Shown here piece by piece: positions 1-63,130 of a stretch of DNA of 64,000 bases. The translations under genes and the position numbers were made by a program. The stretch spans positions 39,370,001 to 39,434,000 of the forward strand of contig NC_083287.1 in NCBI RefSeq assembly GCF_963506605.1. The letters run 5' to 3'. A model generated the notes under the pieces. The model searched no databases. It had not been told where the DNA came from and saw only the letters and a list, made by a program, of their open reading frames with translations. Numbering within the stretch: position 1 is the stretch's first letter; the number at the start of each line of letters is the position of its first letter. This DNA comes from Zootoca vivipara. Lineage: Eukaryota.

Positions 1-1102
1 AAACACCATCAAAGCATTCCTGACAGATGGCTGTCAAGCCTCTGCTTAAAGACCTCCAAAGAAGGAGACTCCACCACACTCCTTGGCAGCAAATTCCACT
101 GCCAAACAGCTCTTACTGTCAGGAAGTTCTTCCTAATGTTTAGGTGGAATTTTCTTTCTTGTAGTTTGAATCCGTTGCTCCGTGTCCGCTTCTCTGGAGC
201 AGCAGAAAACAACCTTTCTCCCTCCTCTATATGACATCCTTTTATATATTTGAACATGGTTATCATATCACCCCTTAACCTTCTCTTCTCCAGGCTAAAC
301 ATACCCAGCTCCCTAAGCCGTTCCTCATAAGGCATCGTTTCCAGGCCTTTGACCATTTTGGTTGCCCTCTTCTGGACACGTTCCAGCTTATCAGTATCCT
401 TCTTGAACTGTGGTGCCCAGAACTGGACACAGTACTCCAGGTGAGGTCTGACCAGAGCAGAATACAGTGGTACTATTACTTCCCTTGATCTAGATGCTAT
501 ACTCCTATTGATGCAGCCCAGAATTGCATTGGCTTTTTTAGCTGCTGCATCACACTGCTGACTCATGTCAAGTTTGTGGTCTACCAAGACTCCTAGATCC
601 TTTTCACATGTACTGCTCTCAAGCCAGGTGTCTCCCATCCTGTATTTGTGCCTTTCATTTTTTTTGCCCAAGTGTAGTACTTTACATTTCTCCTTGTTAA
701 AATTCATCTTGTTTGCTTTGGCCCAGTTGTCTAATCTGTTAAGGTCATTCTGAAGTGTGATCCTGTCCTCTGGGGTGTTAGCCACCCCTCCCAATTTGGT
801 GTCATCTGCAAACTTGCTCAGGATGCCCTCAAGCCCATCATCCAAGTCATTGATAAAGATGTTGAACAAGACTGGGCCCAAGACAGAACCCTGTGGCACC
901 CCACTAGTCACTACTCTCCAGGATGAGGAGGAGCCATTGATGAGCACCCTTTGGGTTCGGTCAGTAAGCCAGTTACAAATCCACTGAATGGTAGCATTGT
1001 CTAGCCCACATTTTACCAGCTTCTTTACAAGAATATCATGGGGCACCTTGTCAAAGGCCTTGCTGAAATCAAGATAGGCTACATCCACAGCGTTCCCTTC
1101 AT
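1..1102 (-). mobile_element. CR1 LINE, 5'-truncated, with an uninterrupted C-terminal ORF2 (reverse transcriptase)
   Basis: 359-codon frame with [23 protein letters not shown] and [11 protein letters not shown] motifs. The ORF-track start is an internal GTG. The 3'UTR runs off the window. Confidence 0.96.
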
Positions 1103-2399
1103 TTAGTTTTGCCCTGCTTTCATTGAACTATAGCCCTCCCAGAGAGCAATAATGTGGTAGCACAGGGGAAACGTCACAAAACAAAGGGCTCGTCCACACT
1201 TGTCCTGCAATTTCTAGGCATGGGTTCAAGAGTGCCCCCCCTCTTTTGTCTTGCTGCTTTCTGTCTTGTATACTGTTGAGTTGGAACAAATGTCAATTGG
1301 GTTTTCTGCAGATTGACATTCGCTCCAATTCAGCAGTAAACAGCGGGTTTTCTCGAGGAAAGTAATGGGACAAAAAAAAAACCAAACACGTCTCAGACCT
1401 GTGCCTATAAATCACACAATAAGTGGAAGGGTGGGTGAGCCCAAACTGAAGCAGATTATTGTGTTTAAAAACATGTTGCATAATAAAACACTGCAATGAA
1501 AGCACCAGCCTGAAGGAGATGCCAGTTTTCAGCAGTTAGTTTCCCAGATTAAAGCCTTCTCGTCATTTGCAACTCCAAGAGTGGGAAAAGCCACCAGTGT
1601 TCAAGAAGGAAAAAATATTGGTCTCAGTTGAAGTTTGATATCTTAAAGAAGCGTTTTCCCTTCTTAACATTTGCTAGCCATAACTGTGTGTTTTAAGGGT
1701 TTCACATTTTTAAAGAACCCAGTATAGAATTTTGACATAAATATCTAAAGAACACCTGATGATCTTTTCATGAGCTGTTCTTTGAAGCTATCACACCACA
1801 CTCCAGCACCAAAGATTTACAAGGCCACCTTCACGTTCCTTCTCCCGTCTTATGCCTACATGTGTCTGCTACACTCTGCTGTTCTTCAATATAACAAGGT
1901 GTGATATAACAAGCTTACAGGTGTAAGCATGCCACTGAAACTGCTAATGCCACATTTGAAACAAAGCAGATTGCTAACATTTAGGACAACAGCCATTTTA
2001 CTCAGAGTTAATATCTACACTTATATAGAAGAACTGCATTTAAAAAATAATAATAATGAAAAACTTGCCAGCTGCACAAGAGTTCTGAAGCTTTCATGTT
2101 GTAGGAGTCTGTCTTATACATCAGACGAGCATATAAAAGAGGCTTAGGGGGGGGGGGAATTTAACAAAGAAAAAGAATATCCAGGTGGTTTTTAAACTAG
2201 AATACAATAAAGGGCTGGGTTTAGGGAAGTGTAAGTAATAAGCAAACAAATTGAGAGGTACAGTAGGAGAAGTAATCTTAAAAAAAAATAGGAAGAAAAA
2301 TTATGTTTTATTTGAAAGCATGGGTGGGAAAGTCCATAAAATCAGCCTGGCCTGCTTTGTCTTCCCTTGCCCCCCCCCCCCACACTAAGCAGCTACATG

Positions 2400-2547
2400 C
2401 AGTGCTTTTTCCCAGGGGGTACGCAGGGGTACACATAACCCTAAACATTTTGTGAATCCAAGTTTGGCCTCATTGGGGGGCTGTATTTCAATATGAGTAG
2501 GAAAATGAGAGTACCCCTAAACATTTTTTAAAGAAAAAACCCCACTG
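2400..2547. mobile_element. hAT-type MITE (148 bp)
   Basis: 8-bp TSD gctacatg (2392-2399, 2548-2555); imperfect TIRs cagtgctttttt / aaaaaaccccactg. Confidence 0.85.
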
Positions 2548-3205
2548 GCTACATGTAATTTCGAAATGTCATTCTATTCAAGTTAGAATGTGTTTTAAAA
2601 TGTAAGGATTCTGAAGCTAAATTTAAAAATTGAAGCATTTAATTTCATTTCATTTTTTGCCTCTTAACTGGTTGGTGATGAGGCCACGGAACCAACTCTT
2701 TGAAAATAACCAGTTTTTCATTTTTAACATAACTTATATTTCTTTTTGAAAACTAAAATACATGAAACGAAAAACGGCCCAAAGGTCATTGACCAAAGAG
2801 CACCCACTTTGCATGCAAAAAGCCCAAGGATCCAATCCGTAGCCTCGCCAGGTAGATGAAGAGACCCGGGGCAGCAAATAGGCCAAAGGTAAAACAAAAC
2901 AGCTAAAAACATGTAAGAACAATTCCAAAAGAGATCCAGACTAGGAAAGAGCTCTATTTGGGTGTTAGAGATACCTATAAAGCAATTAAATATGAACACA
3001 CACAGAATTTGATTTAGATGCATCATCCTCTACTGGCAGAATGGTTTACCTGCACTTTCAAGGTCTCCCAAAGCACCCAGGACCAACCATCTCTCTGAGT
3101 TAGATGTCAGAAGTGGACCTGAAGGTCATTTGCTTATTCGATTTATGCCTTGGCCCTTCTCCAAGTCCCTCATGGCAGTATATAAGGCTCTTCCTCATAT
3201 TGTAG

Positions 3206-3450
3206 AAGAAGAAGAGGAGTTTGGACTTGATATCCCACCTTTCACTCCCCTTAAGGAGTCTCAAAGTGGCTAACAATCTCCTTTCCCTTCCTCCCCCACA
3301 ACAAACACTCTGTGAGCGAGTGGGGCTGAGAGACTTCAGAGAAGTGTGACTAAGGTCACCCAGCAGCGGCATGTGGAGGAGCGGGGAAGCGAACCCGGTT
3401 CACCAGATTAAGAGTCCACCGCTCTTAACCACTACACCACGCTGGCTCTC
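3206..3450 (-). mobile_element. Full-length tRNA-derived squamate SINE (Squam3-type)
   Basis: Head GAGAGCCAGCGTGGTGTAGTGGTTAAGAGC with A and B boxes, (TTC)n tail, TSD atattgtag (3197-3205, 3451-3459). Confidence 0.85.
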
Positions 3451-3681
3451 ATATTGTAGGGGTGAGGAAGCTATTTCTGCTCAAGGAACTTACCTTGTGT
3501 TCTGGGAGCCACATTCCAATGCCAGGTGGGGAAAAAGCAGTAGAGCAAACCCTCCCCAAAAGAAAAATGCATGCATGTATTATTATTTTTAATTCAGTTT
3601 ATACACCGCCCTATACCCAGAGGTCTCAGGGTGGTTCACAAACAAGACAACAACATATAAATCAAACCCCAAAACAATAAC

Positions 3682-4063
3682 TAGAAAGAGAAGTTGCTGA
3701 ATTACAACTTATCACCAAGCTCAAAACCATGGAGGGACCTGGTTTGAACAGAGATATCGGATTCTTATCTCATTATACATGATAAGCGATCTTCAGCCAT
3801 CTCAACCCTTGCTTTTTCATGCAAAACCATTTGCAGTCGTTTTCGGTCATCAACAGCTATCAGTCAGTCAATCACCCACTTCCACCACCCTTCTGAGTGA
3901 TCCCCCCTCCCCTCCCCTCCCCATCCCCACCCCTTCTCTACATAAGTGCCTGGGGACTTCTATTTCACTGTATCTGAAGAAGTGTGCATGCACACGAAAG
4001 CTCATACCAAAATAAAAACTTAGTTGGTCTTTAAGGTGCTACTGAAGGATTTTTTTTATTTTA
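3682..4063 (+). mobile_element. 5'-truncated Penelope-like retroelement (GIY-YIG endonuclease C-terminus plus terminal repeat)
   Basis: Frame from 3681 reads LEREVAELQLITKLKTMEGPGLNRDIGFLSHYT*; 14-bp TSD cccaaaacaataac (3668-3681, 4064-4077); hammerhead motif in the tail. Confidence 0.85.
3970..4007 (+). ncRNA. Minimal type-I hammerhead ribozyme
   Basis: GTAT-CTGAAGA-A-GTGTGCATGCACAC-GAAA-GC-TC-ATAC: stem I GTAT/ATAC, CUGANGA box, palindromic stem II, GAAA box, UH cleavage site. Confidence 0.8.
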
Positions 4064-4227
4064 CCCAAAACAATAACCCATTTTTTAAATTAAAAAAAAC
4101 CCCAAAAGAGTCCCATTCTAAAAGGGTGCTAGATGTCAATCAGATCAACCAAAGGCCTGGTTAAAAAGGAATGTTTTTGCCTGGCGCCTAAAGGTGTGTA
4201 ATGAAGGTGCCAGGAAACTTCCCTGTA

Positions 4228-4462
4228 CCCTGTTTCTCATATTTTAAGACATACCCATAAAATAAGCCATAGCAGGATTTTTAAGCATTCAAGGAATATA
4301 AGCCATACCCCGAAAATAAGACATAGTGATAGGCGCAGCAGCAATGCCGGCCGCGGCAGGAGGAGGAGGAAAAAAATAAGACATCCCTTGAAAATAAGCC
4401 ATAGTGTGTTTTTTTGAGGAAAAAATAAATATAAGACATGTCTTATAATATGAGAAACACGG
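4228..4462. mobile_element. Tc1/mariner-pogo-type MITE
   Basis: TA flanks; TIR ccctgtttctcatatt / aatatgagaaacacgg; repeated aaaataag(a/c)cat subterminal motifs. Confidence 0.85.
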
Positions 4463-4849
4463 TACCTCTTCTGACCTCCAGTGTCACAAATATGCATGAA
4501 CCCGAAACCAAGCACAGAGCTCTCTGTCTCTGTCTCTCTCTCACACACACTAAGCGCATGCAGTCAGACTCATAAACTCTCAACATACCAGGCAAGCAAG
4601 CACACAATCATTTTCAACCCTCTCTATTCCAGCATTTTAGAGGGCTTACCTCTGATCTCAGCGCTGTGGTGCTTAGAGATAATAAAAGCCGTTAAGTTTC
4701 CCCTGTCTGATATATGATATCAGGTGATATCAGAGGTTTGTTCAAGATGGCCTGGCGGGCTGGAGGTTCCCCAGCTGTTGTATAGTCACAGTTACTCTGT
4801 GAGGTAAGTTTCACTGAGAGTATTAATAAAGGTAAAGGTAAAGGTAAAG

Positions 4850-5236
4850 GGAGCGGGTGGCACTGTGGTCTAAACCACAGAGCCTAGGGCTTGCCAATCA
4901 GGTCGTCAGTTTGAATCCCCACGACGAAATGAGCTCTCGTTGCTCTGTCCCAGCTCCTGCCAACCTAGCAGTTCAAAAGCATGCCAGTGCAAGTAGATAA
5001 ATAGGTACCACTGCGTCGGGAAGGTAAACAGCATTTCCGTGCACTCTGGCTTCCGTGACGGTGTTTCGTTGCGCCAGAAGCAGTTTAGTCATGTTGGCCA
5101 CAATACCTGGAAAGCTGTCTGTGGACAAATGCTGGCTCTCTTGGCCTGAAAGCTAGATGAGCGCCACAACCTCATAGCCACCTTTGACTGGACTTAACCA
5201 TACAGGGGTCCTTTACCTTTTTCTTTTTACCTTACC
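4850..5236 (+). mobile_element. Full-length Sauria SINE
   Basis: ggagcgggtggcactgtggtctaaacc head; ccaacctagcagttc...gtgcaagtagataaataggtacc core; (accttt)-type BovB-related tail. Confidence 0.9.
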
Positions 5237-5379
5237 AAATAATGGCTAAAGGTTACCCAGTGAGTTTCATGATATGAGTGACCTCATACTAATAACATTA
5301 TTGTTATTATTTATTAAATTTATACTCATCTGAAGATTCCAGGGCATCTCCAAAGATACTAGTTCTCATGAATATGATC

Positions 5380-5471
5380 AAAACAAAATAAAAAAATCCT
5401 TCCAGTAGCACCTTCGAGACCAACTAAGTTTGTCATATGTATGAGCTTTCGTGTGCATGCACACTTCTTCA
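5380..5471 (-). mobile_element. Short Penelope terminal fragment with truncated hammerhead
   Basis: Reverse complement of the 3975-4063 tail; begins at TGAAGA, so it lacks the C of the CUGA box and the 5' strand of stem I. Confidence 0.8.
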
Positions 5472-5650
5472 AGAACACTATCATCTATTTCTTCAAGAAC
5501 ACTATCATCTATTTCTTAGTCACATCAGAGCAGCTCAATCTGGGCAGGAAAATAAAAGATAATTTGGTGCCTTTTGGAGTCTTTAACCTTTTTGTGTGAG
5601 TAAAAATTAGCATGCTGGTAGCTTGGCTGTCACAAAGGTAAAAGAATTTC

Positions 5651-7745
5651 TTTTTTTTTTTAATTTTTTTAAACATACTTTTTATTAATTTTACAAAATA
5701 CAAAAAAACAAAAAAACGGTACATACTTAAACCCCTTTTCCACCTCCTTCCTACCCACCCACATGGGTCCTCCCCTGCCACAGAAGTATCCCATGTTTGT
5801 GAACAGTCAGAAATGGTCCATTTTATGCTTGGATTTCTGTCCTCCTCCCCCTCCCCTGACCCCAAAGCCCCCCCCTGCCACCAGGGAGCTCCAGCAAACC
5901 AGGGCAGTACGCAGGAGGACATCCATCCAACCATCTATTGTTATACCAAAAAAAGAGAAAAATAGAAATAGGAAAAAAAGGGGAAAAAGAAAGGGCGAAG
6001 AAAAAAAAGAAAAAGAAAAAAACAATACAAAACAGAAAAATTTTTCTTGCATTCATAGTTGAAAAACCATATTTTATGGGCTTCCCCTCCCCCCCTTCCC
6101 CGGTTTTCATCCCTTTTTTATCATCTGCAACAGTTTCTTACTTTATAAAAATACACCTTTGTATCTTATACAACTTATAAATCAATTGTTAACATTTTCA
6201 TCTAATATTCAAATCACTGAAAATTCAAACTCCCATTTTCTCTTCCCGTGCCTAATTTTTTTTTTTTCTCCCTCTATAAGCCTCCATATTTTCACATTTT
6301 CCAAAATCCATTCACTTTTAAAACTATAACTATTCTCAATTTAACCTTACATCCCCGATTACCGGCTCCACCCCCCCCAATCCAGCAAATTCCAAAATCA
6401 GCAGACCAGTTATAAACCTGTTAATCCATCCTTATAATCACAACATCACTTTCCCTTCACCCCACCCCCTGTTTACAGTCTCTTGCCATCCAGGTCACCA
6501 TACAGGACCCCTGAATTTCTTCTCTTCTCTGCATATTTTTTCCTTCTTCCCTGTGGGCGTTCTGGAGTTCCAATAATACCAATCGTGCCCCCCTCAAAGA
6601 CAGGGCACTCCATCCAACTTTTTGTAGAGTAGAGTCATCATTTTTTTCATGGTGTGTTTCATTTTGTGTTAAATCATCACAGTCCTCATCTTCATCTTTT
6701 CCTTCCCCATCATTGTCATTCTCACATTGCTCTTTTTCAGTGTCAAAAGCTTCATCTCCTAGAAAATCATATTCCGCCATCACCTCCTGAAATTTCTGCT
6801 GTAACTCCTGTCGTCGTGTCTCCTCTTGACATAACTCTATTCTTGTTTCCCACATTAAGGTCAAAACAGACCGCTGGAACTCAGGGGAACACTTTTTTGT
6901 TGACATATTTCAGTCCTGCCAAGGTCAAAACTTATCACGTGGGGTGGAATATGATCACAGTTTATTTTCTCGACTCCATTTTAACAAGCTGGCTGCATTC
7001 TTCAAGTCTTGTTAACAATAAAGTTCGAACTCACATTTCACAAGCACTTAAGCCAAAAAAGAAATTCCACAAAGTCCAGAAATACAAAGTGAAGTAAAAA
7101 TTGACTTATAAATCCTGATCAACTCACTGAATTGCCTAGGCTGCCGGCTCCCGAGGGAAAGAAAGGTTTTTCTTAGGCTTTACCTCATTGCTGCAGGGCA
7201 GTCATAAACCACAGTCTCTCTCCCCTTTTCACCCTGCATCAAAGGGGATATTCTCTTTGATGCCTTTGAGGGATCCTTTTGAATTACAAATCTTCTGTTT
7301 ATGGCTTCGGGTTTCTATTTACTGTCTCTTTGTTGCCGTGGGGGGGGGGGTGGCTTCCTCTTTTCTCCCCTCTCTCCCAGACCAAATTGTTTTATAATCC
7401 AAATCGTGAGGTTACTTACAGTCTTTTCCAATCGTTTTATTTTCGGAAGAATCCAGCGCTCTCCGCCTTCGGCTTGAAGCTTCTCCCTACTAGAATAACG
7501 TTGCCGCTCAAAATGGCCCCCGCGACTTCTACCCTCCTCGCTCCGGAGCTCTTATTAGAGCTAACCGAAGAGTTGGGGAGTCCGGATTGGGTCTGTGCCG
7601 AGCAAATTGCCCTCGGGACGCCCTTCCCGAGGTTCTAAGGGGCGCAGCGTTGCTCTCGCTGCCCTCCCCACTCCTAGCAGAGACGGGCCGTCTCGGAGAC
7701 GAGACGAAACCCCGCCGATCGACGCTGGCGCTGAATCCGGAAGCC
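5651..7745 (-). mobile_element. Complete non-autonomous L1-mobilised retroposon (HAL1-like), 2095 bp
   Basis: 18-bp TSD caaaggtaaaagaatttc (5633-5650, 7746-7763); AATAAA plus poly(A); GGCTTCCGG 5' end with CpG-rich head; target site TTTC/AA. Confidence 0.85.
6457..6906 (-). CDS. Hypothetical 149-aa ORF carried by the 2.1-kb retroposon (putative coiled coil plus acidic tract)
   Basis: ATG-initiated, in the sense orientation of the element, natural-looking composition; no domain recognised. Confidence 0.4.
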   Translation of the reverse strand: MSTKKCSPEFQRSVLTLMWETRIELCQEETRRQELQQKFQEVMAEYDFLGDEAFDTEKEQCENDNDGEGKDEDEDCDDLTQNETHHEKNDDSTLQKVGWSALSLRGARLVLLELQNAHREEGKNMQRREEIQGSCMVTWMARDCKQGVG

Positions 7746-9504
7746 CAAAGGTAAAAGAATTTCAATTCTTGGCAGGTTCACATTCCTTTGTATCTGGCCT
7801 ACATAAAGTATCACCAAGTGGGCAAAGAAGCCTTTTTAGTCGAACAATTGCATTAATCTCTTGGGTGGGGTGGGGGGTGGGTATAATCTTAACCTGAGTT
7901 TGTAAAGATGTTTTGCAACCTGGGTTCCGTCAGACTCCCAGCTCCAGCAACATAAGGAAAGGCAGTGTTTGGAAATACACAGTTCTAAGCTTCCCGAGAT
8001 GTGTGAATGTTCCACTTGTGTTGAACATATATCTTTCTCCACCTATAACTTCACTGCTACACTGCACAGGAAAATGCTATACTCATTCAATTAGGCAAGA
8101 AAGAAACTCTTGTAGGCATGCTTTTCCAAGGAAACAAAAATATCTACAGTCCTAACTGCAGTTGGAAAAAAGTTTTGTGGGTGCCCACATGCATGCAATT
8201 GACTAAGCAGTAAAGTATTTACTTGGAGTAACACACTTGTTAAGTCAGAGTCATTGTGACATAGTAAACGTTTTGTTTTCTATTTAGCATTTTTTTTTAA
8301 AAAAAAAACACTTATGTGGATTAGCTCAGTAAATCCATCCTAAGAAGTCAACATGCTGACTTAACTAAACACCTTAACAAGAAAATGTGGTCAACATATT
8401 ATCAACATATACTGTACCCAGTTTTAGTCAGTTATCCAAATACATTTTGTGTCCCCTTCTAGGATGATAGAAATATTTACTGTATTGTATTTGTTTAAAA
8501 ACAAATAAAATTGGTTCTTGTTTTTTAAAAAAGAAATCACAAAACTGTCACCTATTCTAGAATCTCCAGACACCTTATTGTAAAGGAAAACTTATTCAAA
8601 GATTTTCAATTAATTTCAAGACTCTCTCCCATTGTAAGAAGGCTACTTTCCTCCCTTTTGCTGTGACACATTAGAACAGAGACATTGCTGCCTTAATTAT
8701 GAAAACCTGCCTTTAATTTTTCTCTTTAGCTGATTAATCAACTTATTTAAGTATGCAATTCAAATTATTCAAAGCACAGTAGCATGCAACAAGGAAAAAT
8801 ATTTTGCACCAATGGCGCATGAATCCAATGCATGCAAGACAAGCTATGGGCTTTCAGGAAGTGGTAGAGGAAAAAATGGACTTTAGGGTTCATCTTTAAA
8901 CCCCTAGAGGTTTTCCAGAAGGAAGGTCTACTCTAAATCAAGTGAAGGCTTCTATGGTGCAGATGTTTAGAGCTGATTGTGAATATGCCATCATAGGGTG
9001 TGTGGTGACACCATTATTATGGAAAGCTCCCCAGAATATGCACTATGCAAGGAGAAACTTGCTGGTTGGCTGTTAAACTCACATGTTGTAATATGTTGCT
9101 TTTATTTTGTCATTATAATAATTTCATCACTTGTAAAATGAGGACAGAACCTTGTGCAATTTGTTTACACAGTCACATCTGAATTTGCTGTGTGCGCAGA
9201 TGTGGGCAATTACAAGACACAGAAGAAAATGTTAAATCTCCGGACAAGTTAAATATTTTGGTCCTAATCATAAAAACATATACTGGGGTACAGGCCCCAG
9301 GCATTTCAGAAATGGCTCTGCTGCATTGACTAGTATGCTTCAACAAAATTGTTGTTTTCTAGAGCAAAATCATGGCTTAAGTTAGCTCATTCAGTTATGC
9401 TACTTGTTTGAATGCAATAATGGTAACAGGTATTGCAAGCACAATTCAATTTTTTTAAAGATGATAGATTTGAGTTCCTTATTTTTAAAAAAGAAGCTTT
9501 CCCA

Positions 9505-11981
9505 CGGTACATTTTGTCAATAATTTATTGATTTAAGATTGATAAAGTTGCAATTCAGGCACATCATCTGTAAGTGAACTGATGACAACTTCAAGTATTG
9601 CTCTGAATCCAATAGTATAAAAACTTTTAACATTTGTTTTACAATGACAAAACAGCAAAAATACAATAAGGATATTTATATTTAAAACCATAAAACCATT
9701 GTACTCAAACCCATGCAGTACAATTTTAAAAGGCTGAAAAAAGTCAGTTTCACTTTGAGCCAAAAAATGACTTAAGTTTTTCTGAACTATACCCATGCTA
9801 TGTGTATGATCCAAGGCTCCACACAGTTTCAGTGTGCACACATAGAACATGCCGCAGCATTGGAGAGGACAGGCAGCTCCTACTTATGCAAAGCTCCAGG
9901 AACACCAGAGCTTTTGGGATCCTGCTCTTATTAAAACAAAGGTGTCCAAGGTCACTGCAGACTCAGTTGCTGCTTCAAAGCTAGTAAACTCAAAGGATAG
10001 TAAATTCTCTCTTGACAAAAAGAACATGGGAAGCTTACACAGATTAATAGTCTCAATTATTGCCAGTAAGAGCACAGTGCCGAAATGCTGTCTTTGGAGT
10101 GACAATCAGGATGAAAGGAAGAGAGTTTCCTCTCAAACAGCATTCTGGGCTGTCACAACATTTGAAACATATATGCCCAATTTTCCCTTGTTTTCAATAA
10201 AAATATATGGTAATAATAGTCTCACAAACTATAGCTGACAAACAGGACAAATGTATTTCTAAACAAGTGTTTTGATCCTTTCATATACAAAATGTAGATA
10301 TTGACAGATACCCAGCATTCTTGGCACTGGCTCTTGCAGTACGCACTGAATGTCAAAGATACACAATGCCAAACAAACAAACAAACAAACAACCACAGTG
10401 ATTTATTTAAAGCAGTACTGAAACACAGCCGGTTCAGTATTTTGGATCCAGTTCAGTATTTTTCATGCAATTAATTGGTGCTGAAGTACAACCATAGATC
10501 ACCAAAAACAGTAAAACCTGAGACACTCAACATTACATGATGGATGTTCAGGGCCAGGCTACATGCGTCACTCTAGCACAAATGTTTCCCAAAGACGATA
10601 TTTTGGTTGTTGGCACTTCCCTTGTATTACACAATTTTAAAACATGAATGCAATGAACCAAAAAACCAACCATCTATTTAGACTACATTTGCAAAGACCT
10701 GGTGGTTTATCTGTATCAAAACTAAAACATTTACATGGAATGTTGAGTTTATAAAGCCAGTGTTTCAAATCACAGACACCTACGGATCTGTTTAATAAAT
10801 GATCACATTGACAAGAAATGCAAAAAAATTATATATCCCTTCTCACCCCTTTTCATAAATATATATAGTCTCACTAAATTCTTTTGCCTTTAAATAAGAC
10901 AGCTAACCCTTTTATACATTAACATAAAATAACTGGACTTCCTGTTTGCATACTAAGGCTCTGATACATCACTGTCACATATAAACTGGCAAATTCGCTT
11001 GAACACAACAAGTATTTCTCTTTTCATCTACTAATAAACTTTGTGTCAAGAGGAAATCAAGAAGAAGCAAAAACAAACAAAAAAACCCCCACACCTTTCT
11101 TCATTCCAGAAAACACAGCTCTGGGTCAGTGTAAAATGAGAATGATCCACTAGTTTTAATTACAAATTTTCAAATAAAAAAATAGCTTCTGGGTTTTCTC
11201 AAAGACTGTTTTAGAAAGGTTTATAATTGAAACAATGAAGTAGTTATATAAATAAAATCCATTTACCCAACTGCCTCTTTCCCAAAGACTAACCCTCCAC
11301 CCTGTTATCTTTGTTAGAATTACCCCAATCTAAGCTTTGATGCATTGCTTTGAATACTACTCAAGGGTAATCTACAAATACTCAAAATGCAGAGCAATAT
11401 TATTGCTAATTGAAAAGATCCAAGAAAGTTTTTCCACCAACATAAATAAAATTTGCTGTTGTGGTAAAAGTCAGTCTGGATGCGGAAGACAATACTCAGC
11501 ACACACACAAAATTTGGATTGAACGTAAGCAAGTTCAAATAGTTGTATCTGAGTTAAAGAAATGATAACCACTTTTGCATCTCCCTGTTTTAAAAATTTC
11601 AAGTGCTAACTATCATCCAGGTCTGGAAATAGCAACATTGGAAACCACTTAAACACTGATATCAGACCTTTTAATATCAATGCTCAGGATATCTCACACT
11701 GGATTGATGAAATGTGGTATCATAATAGCTGAAGATTCACTTCAAAAACCAGTAAATTGAATCTGGTAAAAAATAAGGCTTCACTGTGATATTCTGCCTC
11801 CGAACCCCTATTCCAAACAGGAAGGTTTACACACACAAAAATAAGATCAACATTCCACTGCACCACGTTTGTAAATGCACCAGTTTGCCAAAGCTAGAAA
11901 AGCTTCCCACCAACAAAATGTCCATTTAGATCCAACTAAGTACCTTATTAAAATATTATGAAACATTTTATTTGTTTAGTG
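9505..11981 (-). other. MPP7: Probable MPP7 3'UTR with distal polyadenylation signal AATAAA at 9529-9524
   Basis: AT-rich sequence after the stop with no recognisable transposons; the + strand tttatt at 9524-9529 is followed by U-rich downstream sequence. The exact end is inferred. Confidence 0.6.

Positions 11982-63130
<51,149 letters not shown>

Larger units (their letters stand above)
3580..4227 (-). mobile_element. L2-type LINE 3' end, interrupted by a Penelope insertion and abutting a Tc1/pogo MITE
   Basis: AT-rich tail with the hairpin ccgccct...agggtgg; sequence resumes after 4077 with ctggttaaaaaggaatgtttttgcctggcgcctaaa. Confidence 0.6.

Noticed and set aside
9-1088. 359-aa RT ORF as a domesticated host gene
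   Set aside because: It starts mid-domain at a GTG at the truncation point, with no promoter or splice context. It is an ordinary CR1 fragment.
5509-6180. Overlapping Lys- or Phe-rich ORFs
   Set aside because: Low-complexity A/T tracts in the retroposon 3' region.
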